Source: Octopus sinensis
Taxonomy: Eukaryota
Assembly (NCBI RefSeq): GCF_006345805.1
Contig: NC_043023.1
Location: 16,306,001-16,370,000 of the forward strand
DNA: 64,000 nt
Reading direction: 5' to 3'
The notes beneath the pieces are model-generated. The model worked only from the letters and a program-made list of their open reading frames with translations, ran no database searches and was not told where the DNA came from. This document shows, in pieces, positions 47,210-61,099 of this stretch (position 1 is the first letter of the stretch; each line of letters opens with the position of its first letter). The position numbers were made by a program, and so were the translations under genes.

Positions 47210-48090
47210 CGGATCTTTTCGCTTTGACCGGCAGTTTTTTAAAATAATTTCCACGTAACTGAACACTTTTAAACTTTGTGTACTGGTAGAATATGTTTAT
47301 AAAACATCTTTTTCTCTTGGCTTTATTGAGAAAATTCTATAGTTTGTAAGATATTTGGGATCTTTTCCGTTTGACCGGCAGTTTTTTAAAATAATTTCCA
47401 CGTAACTAAACACTTTTAAACTTCGTATACTGGTAGAATGTGTTTATAAAACATCTTTTTCTCTTGGCTTTATTGAAAAAATTCTATAGTTTGTAAGATA
47501 TTTGGGATCTTTTCGGTTTGACCGGCAGTTTTTAAAAATAATTTCCACGTAACTGAACACTTTTAAACTTCGTATACTGGTAGAAGGTGTTTATAAAACA
47601 TCTTTTTCTCTTGGCTTTATTGAAAAAATTCTATAGTTTGTAAGATATTTGGGATCTTTTCGCTTTGAACGGCAGTTTTTTAAAAATAATTTCCAAGTAA
47701 CTAAACACTTTTAAACTTCGTATACTGGTAGAATGTGTTTATAAAACATCTTTTTCTCTTGGTTTTATTGAGAAAATTCTATAGTTTGTAAGATATTTGG
47801 GATCTTTTCCGTTTGACCGGCAGTTTTTTAAAATAATTTCCACGTAACTAAACACTTTTAAACTTCGTATACTGGTAGAATGTGTTTATAAAACATCTTT
47901 TTCTCTTGGCTTTATTGAGAAAATTCTATAGTTTGTAAGATATTTGGGATCTTTTCCGTTTGACCGGCAGTTTTTTAGAATAATTTCCACGTAACTAAAC
48001 ACTTTTAAACTTCGTATACTGGTAGAATGTGTTTATAAAACATCTTTTTCTCTTGGCTTTATTGAGAAAATTCTATAGTTTGTAAGATAT
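47210..48090. repeat. 147-bp tandem array, 6 units (paralog of the 8-unit array)
   Basis: GTAAGATATTT at 47345, 47493, 47640, 47788, 47935 and 48082. Confidence 0.92.
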
Positions 48091-51083
48091 TTGTTGTTTT
48101 TTCCTTCAATTTCTGCAATTTCAACCAATCAATGACGTCTCTTGAGGTGAAAACATTCTCTGCCGTATGAATATGTCCCTCGTTTAAGAAACAGATTGGG
48201 TTTATTAACATTTCTGAAGAAATAAGATACCTTCCCCGCACCCCTAACCCTAACCCTAGAGCAGATTGAAATGCAATAGATCGATACTAGGGTCATAATT
48301 ATGGGTGACATTTTGATATCACACTGCTAGAAAAAAATCCCATTTTCTGTAGCGGTTTCTTCATTAAAAGAAGAATTTCCTGAAGGCCATGAACAATATT
48401 GATACAGTCACTCTTCTCTATGATGAGAAATATATCTGTAGTTAATTGTCTTTTTTCAGAGAAGGATATACCACAGAATCAGTTACATGGTTTCTCTTCC
48501 ATATCAATGTGTGTCTGTGTTTATCTAAGAGATTTATTTGAGAGAACCATTCACCACAGATATCACAATGACATGGTTTCTCTAATTTCTACGTAACTAA
48601 ACAGCCAGGGATACAGGCATCCAGCAACAGGACCTCCGTAATGCTATGATGGATCGTGAAGTCTGGCGTAGCATGGTAAATTACATTGTCTCTACCACGG
48701 TCGCGATACCAGAGGGCGCACACTCTCTTACCCTGATGTAATCTCCAGGTGTACAGGCATCCAGCAACAGGACATCCGTAATGCTATGATGGACCGTGAA
48801 GTCTGGCGTAGCATAGTAAATTCTATTGTCTCAACCACGGTTGTGATACCAGAGGGCGCACACTCTCCTACCCTAATGTAATCTCCAGGGATACAGGCAT
48901 CCAGCAACACGACCTCCGTAATGCTATGATGGACCGTGAAGTCTGGCGTAGCATAGTAAATTCTATTGTCTCAACCACGGTTGTGATACCAGAGGGCACA
49001 CACTCTCCTACCCTAATGTAATCTCCAGGGATACAGGCATCCAGCAACAGGACCTCCGTAATGCTATGATGGACCGTGAAGTCTGGCGTAGCATAGTAAA
49101 TTCCATTGTCTCGAACACGGTCACGATACCAGAGGACGCACACTCTCCTACCTTGATATAATCTCCAGGGATACAGGCATCCAGCAACAGGACTTCCGTA
49201 ATGCTATGATGGACCGTGAAGTCTGGCGTAACATTGTAAATTCCATTGTCTTGACCACGGTCAAACAATGATGATGATGATATCTAATTCTCTCCCAATT
49301 TTACCATTTGTCTGTCGTAGTTCACTGTGGTGGAAGCACTCCGTCGGTTACGACGACGAGGGTTCCGGTTGATCCGATCAACGGAACAGCCTGCTTGTGA
49401 AATTAACGTGTAAGTGGCTGAGCACTCCACAGACACGTGCACCCTTAAGGTAGTTCTCGGGGATATTCAGCGTGACACAGAGAGTGACAAGGCCGGCCCT
49501 TTGAAATACAGGTGCAACAGAAACAGGAAGTAAGAGTGAGAGAAAGTTGTGGTGAAAGAGTACAGCAGGGATCACCACCATCCCTGCCGGAACCTCGTGG
49601 AGCTTTTAGGTGTTTTCGCTCAATAAACACTCACAACGCCCGGTCTGGGAATCGAAACTGCGATCCTACGACCGTGAGTCCGCTGCCCTAACCACTGGGC
49701 CATTGCACCTCCACAGTTCACTGTGAACCTGAAAGGAAAGATTTTGCACCTTTTATGGCATTCACAACCATCCAATAACACAAAAAAAAGTTGGACACTT
49801 GATAATAATTTATAATTTTAAGCAAGAAATAATCAGCGTTTCAGATATAAAAATAAATAAACAATTATACAGAAAAGGAAATAAAATCGCAAAAGGTCCT
49901 TGACTTGCTTAAAGAAAACAACTTCCAGGCCAGATTCCCGAAGCAGTAGGAATTGTGGGGCCAGTGTATTGCTGTGAAAGGTGAGTATTTCACAGGAGAT
50001 GTTGTTAAAACTTTGGTAAATTAGTAATTTTTATGAAACATAGCTTGTCTGAGAACTTTTTGATACCATCTCATATTTTTCTTGCAAATTCTGTAAAGAG
50101 ATTTTATTTTTTTTAATAAGTAAATATTTTGATTTTGTTGGCTTATTTTTCTGTTGTTTTTATCTTATATAACATGTCTTTACATGATACACGTATAATA
50201 CAATACCACATTAAAATACAAATCCTAAACCAAAAGAAACACAAACAGGAGGTGCAGCAAGTACCCTTATAGGGATCACCGAATGCATTCTGTAAGGCGA
50301 GGCGCCAACAATGGTAAGAACTTCACTGTGGCAAATGTCACAGGTGGAAGAAATGGGTCACACTTCATTTCCTATTCTTAAGGATTTTGTTCTCGTTGGC
50401 TATGGAAGCAGTGACCCTTTGATTATAATTGAAGATATTTATGCTAAAGCAATGGGTATACATATGCAAATGTACCCCACCGACTTTGTTTCTTCATAAC
50501 TTCTGGAAAAATGGGTATTTTTAAATGAAAATTTTGAGAAATACCTTTAAGAAAGTGTAGATTGCAATTATATTGGAATAGCACACGTTGGTGGGACACC
50601 ACACACACGCATACACATCACATTCTTTTGCATTCTAAGATTCAGTCAAAATTTTCAAATTTGGAATATTCATGTAATTTTCCATGCTGAATCTGCTACC
50701 GCTCACTTTTTCTGGACATAATTTTTTAAAAAGTGGACCTTTTCTGTGTGTGTTTTTCCCTTCAGCTCCTTAAGTTTCAAATTTATTGATTTCAAGTTTA
50801 GTGTATTGATGTAGTTTTGTCTGTTAATTATATAAATGAAATTAGTTGTTGTCCTAAATGGATAAATATACAGTTAATAGCTTTTAAGATTTTTAAACTC
50901 CCAGTAAAAGACAGAGCAGAGTTTTGGAAAAAATATTGCTAAAATATGGATATAATTTATTTAAAAACCAACTATGCCAATGCAGTCAGTGAAAGTCTTA
51001 ATCTGATAAATAGAATTATTTTTTCCTTTTAGAGGATAAATATAGATAAAAAAACACAAATTGTAGCGTTCTTATACAAATGT

Positions 51084-51217
51084 TTATTTCTTAAAATATT
51101 TGCAACAGAAGAAAGAGAGTCAGACAAGGATTGCAGCAAGGCTGAGTATGCCAAGAATGATTCCGACAATCTCGAGTGTTCTGAGGGGTCTTGATCCATT
51201 AGGTTCAGGTTACGGAT
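51084..51217 (-). pseudogene. Gene B terminal exon with vestigial TM frame (TAA at 51210-51212, additional TGA at 51120-51122)
   Basis: ttgtcaattacag|AT CCG TAA PEPNGSRPLRTLEIVGIILGILSLAAILV*LSFFCCKYFKK*. Confidence 0.75.
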
Positions 51218-54200
51218 CTGTAATTGACAAACAATAAAATATATACCTTTTGTTTTTAATAAAAAAGCTTGACCATTTTCATACTAAACTATTAAAAAAT
51301 ACTTTCGTTTCTGTTATACAAATTCCATTTCAAAGTGATCTAAAGGAAAAGTCCCCATCAAAATTTCCAGTAACACTATGTTGCACACATGAGCTTGGTT
51401 ATATAAAGCCTTGTGAGTGGATTTGGTAGACGGATACTGAAAGAAGCCCGTCTTATATATGTGTGTGTTTGTGTGTCTGTTTGTCCCCCTAGCATTGCTT
51501 GACAACTGATGCTGGGGTGTCTATGTCCCCGTCACTTAGCAGTTCAGCAAGAGAACCGATAGAATAAGTACTAGGCTTACAAAGAATAAATCCTGGGGTC
51601 GATTTGCTTGACTTAAGGCGGTGCTCCAGCATGGCCACAGTCAAATGACTGAAACAAGTAAAAAGAGAAAGAGAAAGAGAATATAACCCCCCCCCCACAC
51701 ACCTTGGTATTGACCCCCTCATCCTTTGCCCTTGTGGCAAATAAAAGAAACCCTTATTATATACAACTATCAGCTGAGTCCATTGTGAAGATGGCCCCTC
51801 TACTTTCCCTCAACCAGGAAGGGCAACCAGTTTTTATCTGCTCGGGGCCCATGGCAAAGGGGATCATACAGTGGACATGTCTGAAAGGGCTGAAGACCAG
51901 CAACTGCCATTTTGTCAAAACCCTAATAAACTTTTTCAAGTTTCACTTGAAGAGGAAAATCAGGGTGGAGAGGTAAGTGCTGGCTACCAAGCAGTTTGTT
52001 GAAAGGTGGGTGAGAGAGGTGAGCAATACCTGAGTGAATGGGCCTTCTCTTAGAGTGTACCTGTATATTGGAGAGGAAAGACTGGGAGAGGGCATCAACC
52101 CTGGTGGTCAGGGAGACCTTGGATTTTGTGGGCTTTCTTTACGTGTGGCCCTTGAAAGTCCCCCCACTATCAGGGATGTTACTTTGACTTTCTTTTATTC
52201 TTTGTATGACTTTTTACATGCTAAAACCCACACTGGACCCTCCCGAATGTTTTTCCTTTGTGTTAGCCCTCTGTGGTTAATAAAGAAATTATTATAAATC
52301 ATTTCCTTACTCTTTATCTTCAAATTAATTCTTCCAATATTAAGGTTGTCATCTTCGAATTTCCAAGTCGAACATTTCTTAGTTACTTTTTTGATCCAAA
52401 GCGTGGAGGTATCTCCTAAATGAGTCACTTTATAGTCATGGCCATCAGCGCATGTCCTGTCACATTCATATTTATAATTGTGGCACTTCCAAACCACCGG
52501 TCGTTTCATGTTCGGTATTGTTATCGAAAGGGTGAGGTTTCCATTGAGCACAGCAGGTCCTGAAATAAAGAAATCAGTTAAGAAGTTTGCTTCCAAATCA
52601 TACGGTCCTGGGTTCAGTCCCACTACACAGCACCTTGGGAAAGTGTCTTCTACTACAGCATCAACCTTGTGAGTGGATTTTCTAGATGGAAATTGAAAGA
52701 AGCCCATTGTATGTATATGTGTGTGTGTGTATGTGTGAGTGTGTGCGTGTGTATGTATGACTGGCAGTGTGAAGCGGCTGACCTCCCTTGTTCGAAGGTT
52801 ATAATGGACAGTTTGTGTGTCAAATAGCTAGCTTGAGGCGATGGCCTCATGGAGCTAATCAGCGACAGCTTTTAGTCTTATATCTATAAGACTGCCATAT
52901 TAATATGGCGATAACAATTAATTTCCAGTAACGCTGCCGTAATCTCTTTTAGAGAGACTTAGTAATTTTAATATTTCTATTATATATATATATATATAAG
53001 ACCAACTTACCAAGGAATGTCATGCCGAGTCTTGCATGGAAACGGAGCTACAGATAAATTTGAAGTAAAAACAGGAGTTCGACAGGGCTGTATCCTTACT
53101 CCCTTTTTATTTCTATTAGTCATAGATTGGATTATGAAGAAAACTACGATTGAAAGCCAAACAAGCATTGAATGGACGGATGTGGAAGCTGTAGAAGATC
53201 TCGACTTTGCAGATGATATAGCGCTGCTTTCACAAACATAGCCAAATGCAAAATAAAATGTCAAAATTAGAAGCAATAGCTGCCAAACTAGGATTGAAAG
53301 TCAACCTCAAATCAATAATTATGCACGTTAATGAAGTAAACATTGAATGTATTAAACTAGAAACTGGTGAACAAGAGGATGTAGCCAAGTTTATGTATTC
53401 AGGTAGTAAGATAACGTTTTCAGGTGGCACCGACGAAGATATTAAGGTGAGAATAAGTAAGGCAAGGACCGTTTTTCACCTGTTAAAGAAAGTATGGAGC
53501 GCAAGTGTAATTTCAATAAACAACAAAATAACCTCTCGAAAGAGCTGTTCTTCACTCCTGCTCCAGGGTCACTCCGAAAAGCTCTATCTGCGACGATTTC
53601 ATCTCAATCGAAGGAGAGGGGCCTTCTCTGTCTGGGTTGCGGATCCGTGGAATAAGCTGCCGATGACCGCTCGGTTCAAAGTCTCCCTTGATCACAAATG
53701 GCCTGAACTCTTTGCATGAACACCACCTTGTACATAACTCCATGTACCCCTACATGGCCTGGCTTTCTGCTTTTTGAGCCAAAAAATTAACTTAAGATTT
53801 TTTAACACTAACGTAAAAGCGGTGTTATTGTATGGGGCTGAGACATGGCGAACAACAGTTAAATCAAATAAGCAAATACAATCATTCATCAACAGATGCT
53901 TGCGTAGTATACTTAAAATTAGATGGCCCCAACACATAAGCAATATGGAGCTATGGCAAAGAACAAATCAAGTTTCGATTAGGGAGCAAATATTTAAGAA
54001 AAAGTGGAAGTGGATTGGTAGCACAATTAGAAAAGACACACCAAATGTAGTGAAAAGTGCTTTAAAGTGGAAACCGGTTGGATATAGAAAGAGAGGTAGG
54101 CCTAAGAACTCGTGGCGGAGATCAACACAAAAGGAACTGGAAAAAGGGGGACATTCATGGCAGAGTATAAGTACAGAAGTGAAAAATTATGCAACATGGA

Positions 54201-56321
54201 ATTCAATTATGAGTGGCCTATACTCCACGTTGGAGGGTCAAATGTAGGAAAGAAGAATATATTTACCACTTTGGGTGATCTTATACTTTTGTGCCCTTGA
54301 CAAACCTGTAAAAGATGAAAACAAAAATTTTGATTTTAAGAATAAATGAACATTACATTTCACAGTAATTTGATTGCTAAAGGATTAAAGCAGCCATATC
54401 TGTTTTATGTTCTAAGTGGCCGGGTCCAGCCCCTCACACCTACCCTACAATGTCAGTCTAAAAATAAACAATCACATCATCAAAATGTCAAAACTACAAG
54501 ATAATGAATGATTAATTCAAAAACCAAGTCTAAAGGAGCATTACATTAAACGGAATAAACTGATTGCTAACGAGTTAAAGTAGCCATACCTGGCACAAAG
54601 ATTCTACCTGTTTCGTGTTTAAACTGGTAATGGGTCAGCCTTTTGCACCTGTCTTACAATGTCATTCTAAAAATGAACGGACAAGGACTGCTATGTAAAG
54701 TGCTGATCTCTAACTGCGGAGGCAATCTGTGGAAGAGGTGGACCCTGGAAGGTGCAGGACAAAACGGTAGAACATGAGGGCTTTGGATGTTGAGGCTGAC
54801 ATGTATTGATAAGTGACTGCGATTGCCAAAAAAAAACTCATATTGCTCAGAAACTGAAAAAATTTGTTCTGAAGGAGTGTGAAATGTTTGGGTTCTCCCT
54901 AGAAAATATTGGAAACATATATGAAATTCCCACGTATTTCGATAAACCAGGAAACACTACAGCAGACACAGAGGGAAACGAAGCTGTTAAAGTAAAAACA
55001 TCTGAGAATTTATTAAATAATGACGGGTTGTGGTTAAGAAAACGAAGATCATGTCAACAGCAGCCACAACAAACATCAGCATCAAGATCGATAATGAAGA
55101 GATCGAAGTGGTTGATCATTTCATCTTCCTTGGCTCCAAAAGAAATCAAGATGGTGACTGCACTCCAGAAAAAAGACAGCGGATAGTACTAGGCAGAGAG
55201 GCAATGGTCAGCATGAGCAGGGTCTGGAAGAGTAGAGACATCAGACTCGCTACCAAATGCAGATTGGTGAATGCAATTGTCTTCCCAATAGCAACATATG
55301 GATGCGAGACCTGGACACTAAAGAAAGCTGACCAGAAGAGAATTAATGCATTCGAGCTTTGGTGTTGGAGAAGACTTTTATGGATTCCATGGACAGCGAG
55401 GCTCACTAATGGAGAAGTTCTTAAGCAGATCAGGCCGAAACTGTCACTAGAAGCTAGGATCACCAAGCGTAGATTGGCATATTTCGGTCATATTATGCGG
55501 AGAAAATCCCTGGAGAAGGACATCATGCTTGGAATGGTCAGTGGCAAGAGAGGAAGAGGCCGACCAAGAACCCACTGGCTTGACACCATCAAGAGTGATA
55601 CCAGAATGGACATAGCCAATCTGAAAGAAGCGGCCCAGGATTGAACTGACTGGAGGACACTGATCCATCGAGTGACCGAGAGTCGACTTCGACTGAGCGG
55701 ATAGAGAGATAGTGGTTTTGAAAGATAGTGGGTGATTCTCATACACAGTACCAAGATTAGTGTTGTATGGGGTGGGTGATGGGTGTGAGGGCTCACTGTT
55801 AATTAACCAGGGTGGGATATAGGGAATGTTTTGGGACCTGAGGTTCTGTAAATAAGTTGTTAATGAGGCAGATAATTTATAAAGTTAATCCAAACATGAA
55901 AGCACAAAAAAAACACAACACGAGGACATGGAACAAATATAGTATTATTGGACGCTCAGGAAAGAAGGAGGGTCTAACGTTTCGAGCGGAGCTCTTCGTC
56001 AGAAACAAATGAGAAGGAAAGATCCGGAGAAGGGAAGACAGAGAATTTATAAGTGGGATTGTGGTGGAAAATCATGAATTTTCCAAAATTTTCTTCCATA
56101 AAATGCATCATTTCTAAAGCTGTGATGAAAACAAAATTGGGAAACTCCCTACCAAAACAAAGAAAATCCTCCTTATGTGAGTGACCCCATTCCAGACCCC
56201 TGTGCACCTGAGTACGTTTGCCTTAACAAAAATTAGTTATGGAAAGAAATTAAATAAAATATAAATAAAACTTACGGTCAAATGTTACAAACAGTAAGCA
56301 GAACAAGATCCATTTAGCCAT
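51210..56321 (-). CDS. Gene B (predicted, spliced): secreted single Ig-like domain protein, 113 aa
   Basis: Exons 56276-56321, 54267-54305, 52311-52559 and 51210-51217 give MAKWILFCLLFVTFDRLSRAQKYKITQSGPAVLNGNLTLSITIPNMKRPVVWKCHNYKYECDRTCADGHDYKVTHLGDTSTLWIKKVTKKCSTWKFEDDNLNIGRINLKIKNP*. All introns are GT-AG, phase 1. Confidence 0.8.
53000..54250 (+). mobile_element. Fourth copy of the decayed RTE + nested CR1 fragment (gene B intron 2)
   Basis: GVRQGCILTPFLF, DFADDIALL; same nested CR1 insert with extra small deletions. Confidence 0.9.
54825..55025 (+). mobile_element. pogo/Tigger-like transposase fragment
   Basis: LENIGNIYEIPTYFDKPGNTTADTEGNEAVKVKT resembles the pogo DDE motif IGN.DETP.YFD.P.N.T.D..G.K.V.IKT. 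Confidence 0.65.
55030..55710 (+). mobile_element. 5'-truncated BovB-like RTE LINE, ORF open over ~200 codons
   Basis: KTKIM..FIFLGSK..DGDC..LGR.AM..KSRDI.L.TK.RLV.A.VFP...YGCE.WT.KKA...RI.AFELWCWRRLL..PWTAR..YFGH.MRR..LEK..MLG...G.R.RGR.R..WLD. Confidence 0.9.
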
Positions 56322-56530
56322 GATCTGAAAAAATAATTTTGAAAAGCTGCAAAATAACAAAGTTTATAGCCCAGGGTCCGAGGCTGGTCAGGCTGAGAAA
56401 AACAAACAGTCACAATATCATCAGTCACTCTTTAATAGATTTGTGGTCAAGCCTGTGGCATTGGAGATCTTATTCTTAACTATTTCGAATACTATAGAAC
56501 GCTGTACAGTAGAGACAAGTGCAGTTTGAA

Positions 56531-57507
56531 CCAGGTTGGTATCAAAAGGGTTAAGAATTGTTTCTCTATTATATATTTGTCGAGATGCTCTGTGTTTCTT
56601 TCAATTAATTCTAAATATAACAAAGATCTTAGAAAAATAACTTAGTTACCATTTAGCTAGTGTTAGGAACATAAATTGTGACTAAGGTTTGGTTGAAGAT
56701 TTTAATTCAAAACTTATGAAAACAAGACATTTGTACTACAGAGCCAGAGCTGGTTTTAGTCAGGTTGGTAATGAAAGGGTTAAGAATTGTTTCTGTCGAG
56801 ATGCTCTGTGTTTCTTTCAATTATTTTAAATATAACAAAGACTTTAGAAAAAATAACTTAGTTATCATTAAGCTAGTGTTAGGAACATAAATTGTGACTA
56901 ATGTTTGGTGGAAAATTTTAATTCAAAGCTTATGAAAACAAGACATTTGTACTAAAGAGCCAGAGCCGGTTTCAGCTGGGTTGGTAACAAAAGGGTTAAG
57001 AATTGTTTCTCTATTATATATTTTAAAGTCTTTTGTTACCATATTTCTGTCGAGATGCTCTGTGTTTCTTTCAATTATTTTAAATATAACAAAGACTTTA
57101 GAAAAAATAACTTAGTTATCATTAAGCTAGTGTTAGGAACATAAATTGTGACTAATGTTTGGTGGAAGATTTTAATGCAAAACTTAAGAAAACAAGACAT
57201 TTGTACTACAGAGCCAGAGGTGGTTTCAACCAGGTTGGTATCAAAAGGATTAAGAATTGTTTCTCTATTATATATTTTTAAGCCTTTTGTTACCATATTT
57301 CTGTTGAGATTTTCTGTGTTTCTTTCAATTAATTGTAAATATAACAAAGAATTTAGTAAAATAACTTAGTTATCATTAAGCTAGTGTTAGGAACATAAAT
57401 TGTGACTAAGGTTTGGTGGAAGATTTTAATGCAAAACTTAAGAAAACAAAACATTTGTACTACAGGGTCAGAGGTGGTTTCGGTCGGGTTGGTAACAAAA
57501 GGGTTAA
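56531..57507. mobile_element. Tandem array of four (plus a remnant) piggyBac-like MITE units
   Basis: Same unit as 40099-40834. Ends GGTAACAAAAGGGTTAA at 57507. Confidence 0.75.
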
Positions 57508-59799
57508 TGTAAAATTTGAAGAGAGACAGATTTAAACTTTGCACTGTTTCTCCCCCCCCCTTTTAGTTTTATCAATTACTATACAACACTAAAGCAACTG
57601 CATTTTTTGTCTCTTTCTTTCTTCTTGCTGAGTGAAAACAAATACCAAATTACAGGTATTTGTATAATTGTGGCTTTCCAGGTAGAATCCTGGTTTAAAC
57701 AGTCCTTATAATTTCAGAAAATTTTTGCAACACACACAAATGAATATGATTATTGAAAAGACAGCATGGTGTTTCACTTTCTGGATCATAAAATGAAATA
57801 TCATCTTAATTATTAATTTAAGAGAATCAGTATCAGAAAATAGCATATCGATATATTACTGATGTTCACCTTAATTTTACGAAATAATCTTTAATATATA
57901 TCTTGTGTTTTTATTACTATACAATCCAATATTTACAACAGAATCTCTTCTTTTTGGACAAACCTTATAGTTGTGGCTTGATGCAATGGGAAGTTTCAAA
58001 AACCAACTGGGAAATACAAACAACGAAAAGAACTTAGTTTCTGAAAGAAAAAAATAAAAGATATTATTTCAAAAAGTTTTACTGAAAAGGTACTGATTTT
58101 TAAAAAATTCAAAAAGTAAAAAGGTTATGAGGGGTTATATGGGGTACTTAAACGAGAATTCCACCAAAAATCAAAGTTTCAAACCAGTTTTTTTTAATAG
58201 CCTAAATGCTTTAATGTGGATAAAAATATTGAAAAACATGAATACGTTAGAATGAGGAAGAAACAAGAAAGGTGGTTGTGGAATGTGTTAGAAACAACAG
58301 GCAGATCTCCCTTAAATCACACACCTTTCTTTACTCATAACTTTCTGACAAATGGATATTGATGGATATATCGGAATTTGATGTGAAAAAGTTTTCCGAA
58401 GGTGGAGTGAAAAGTTTTGGAAAATTCACATCAGTTGGCTTTATTTCCTCATAACTTTTGGAAAAATGGATATTTTTTTAGTGGAATTTCCTACAAATAT
58501 CATTCGGATTGTGAAGGTAACGATTATATCAGAATTTAATATGTAAACAAAATTTGTGGGCTCACACACATACATAATTACATACACATCGTGAATTCAA
58601 ACTTGATAGAAAAATGTTATATCTGTCAGTATGTGTGTGTGTGTATGTGTGCAAACCTATCATATTTTTTTTTCATAATAGACTTCAATATTACTCTTTA
58701 CTCTTTTACTTATTTCAGTCATTTGGCTGCGGCCATGCTGGAGCACCGCCTTTAGTCGAGGAAATCGACCCCCAGGACTTATTCTTTGTAAGCCCAGTAC
58801 TTATTCTATCGGTCTATTACGTACATGTATATGAAAGATAAGGAGTGTAGATGTGTGTTTGGGTGTGATTAACTACAAGTAGATACAGCTGAATATGGCG
58901 TGATGGCGCGTACATCCGTTATCTTTCATAAACAGGGACACACATCTTTCACTTTCTCCTCTCAGAAGCAAATATCGCCTTCCACTCATCATCAAAATAA
59001 AAGAAAATAAAATAATTTTTTACGGGAATTTACGAACAATCCGCTGATCACATTCGACGCTTCTGCAGCCAAAGCCGAAAGATTTCCAGACGTAATTCTT
59101 CAGTTTGGGTAAACAACGTCAGTCACTGAAACAAACTTCTCTTATGGCACAGACGAAGAGGCGGACTACTGGAGTATAGACGTCACTGTGCGCGCACTTG
59201 TGTAGTCATGCATCCGCAAAGCTAGTCATGACTAGTCAATCCTTACTTTGTGTTTTTGAGTTTTATTTACTTTGTTTAAAAAAAATTCACTAACACTGAC
59301 TCTAACCCTAATTTTAGCCTTTCGTTGTTTTGTCATTAATTAATAAATTAATTTAAATGTTACGCGTGTGTCTAAAATTATTCGTTTTGTTTTTGTTTTG
59401 AGACACACGTGTATTGTTTAAACTATTGTTGGATCTTTTCCTTTTGAAGGCCAGTTTTCAACAATGTTTTATTTTGACACATTCTACCAGTATACGAAGT
59501 TTAAAAGTATTTAGTTAATTAGAAATTGTGTTGAAAACTGGCCTTCAAAAGGAAAAGATCCTTATTATTATTTTGCTGGAGTTTTTTTTCCTCGGTGAAA
59601 ATCGTGCAGGTGAAAAGCTTAATAGGGGTGCGGGTGAAAATTCTGAGGTTTCCACCTCACCTCACCCCGATTTCGGGACTCGAAAAAGGATTTTATAGCA
59701 TATTAGGAGATCATAGGAATTCATAGAAAATTTTTTCCGATTCAAACCGAAAAGATTCGTTTAATATTTCGAATTACATAATCTTTTACGGAGATACCC

Positions 59800-60633
59800 G
59801 GCGAAGTTTCGTATGTCGTAGATCAGATTTCCGTCGATTTCCGTAAAAAATTTTTATTTTTTTACATAAGTAATGAGAGCGAAAGAGACTAAGAGGAAGC
59901 GATTTTACGACGAGAAGGTTTCACTTTGAAGTCGGCCTGTGTGCGTTTGATGGGGTGTGGGAGACAGACAGTATGTTGTGTAAGTGAAGTGCTTCTGTTA
60001 GTGTGTGCGAAGAGACAGAGAGAGTAATGTGTGAAAGAGAGAGATAACTGATTTTTTACTCGGTGTATGTGTATATGTATGTATGCATGTATGTGTGTGT
60101 GTGTGTGTATGTATCTATGTATGTGTGTGTGTTTATGTATGTATGTATGTATGTATGGCCGGCATAGACTTTTCACACAGAACATTACCAATCGGATTTT
60201 GTCACTTTTCCTTACACATTTTGTACTGTTCGTTCCTTTTGCTGCACAACACAATGTTTACACATGCATATATATGCATGCTTGCACCCAGTTTCTGTGC
60301 ACCTCTATAGACTATTAACTTTTTTTTTCCTTTGAATGCAACTCTTTTCTCATGAGAAGAATATCTCCTCATTTTATAACTCTCCCATCTTTTTCTTACC
60401 ATTTCACCATCGTCACATCAACAGAGACATTAAGGCTGCACAGTAGCAGTCGACAAGGCATGTATAACGATTAAATAAAAAAAATTTTGTCTATATCTTC
60501 GATCACTGTCATTATTCCATTGAGTCAACCTCATTATTTTCTACATAGCAGACTGTTACATAAACAGGCGCCGCAAGGTAATCTTTCGTTTTAATTCGAA
60601 ATAATGTAAACACTGAATCGGCCATACATACAT

Positions 60634-60665
<32 letters not shown>

Positions 60666-61099
60666 GTACTTACACACACACACATACATGCAGACATACA
60701 TATTCACATACACCGAGTAAAAAATTACGATGAATCGGCCATACATACATACATACATACATAAACACACACACATACATAGATACATACACACACACAC
60801 ACACATACATGCATACATACATATACACATACACCGAGTAAAAAATCAGTTATCTCTCTCTTTCACACATTACTCTCTCTCTGTCTCTTCACACACACTA
60901 ACAGAAGCACTTCACTTACACAACATACTGTCTGTCTCCCACACCCCATCAAACGCACACAGGCCGACTTCAAAGTGAAACCTTATCGTCGTAAAATCGC
61001 TTCCTCTTAGTCTCTTTCGCTCTCATTACTTATGTAAAAAAATAAAAGTTTTTTACGGAAATCGACGGAAATCTGTGCTACTACAACCGAAACTATGCC
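59800..61099. mobile_element. 1300-bp non-autonomous TIR element, ~360-bp TIRs, 8-bp TSD AGATACCC (Merlin- or MULE-like)
   Basis: TSD at 59792-59799 and 61100-61107. Termini GGCGAAGTTTCG / CGAAACTATGCC. Empty site GGAGATACCCAAATC at ~12868 and ~43131. Confidence 0.88.

Noticed and set aside
59889-60978. Cys/Val/Met-rich and His/Thr-rich ORFs
   Set aside because: They are readings of the compound microsatellite within the TIRs of the 59800-61099 element.
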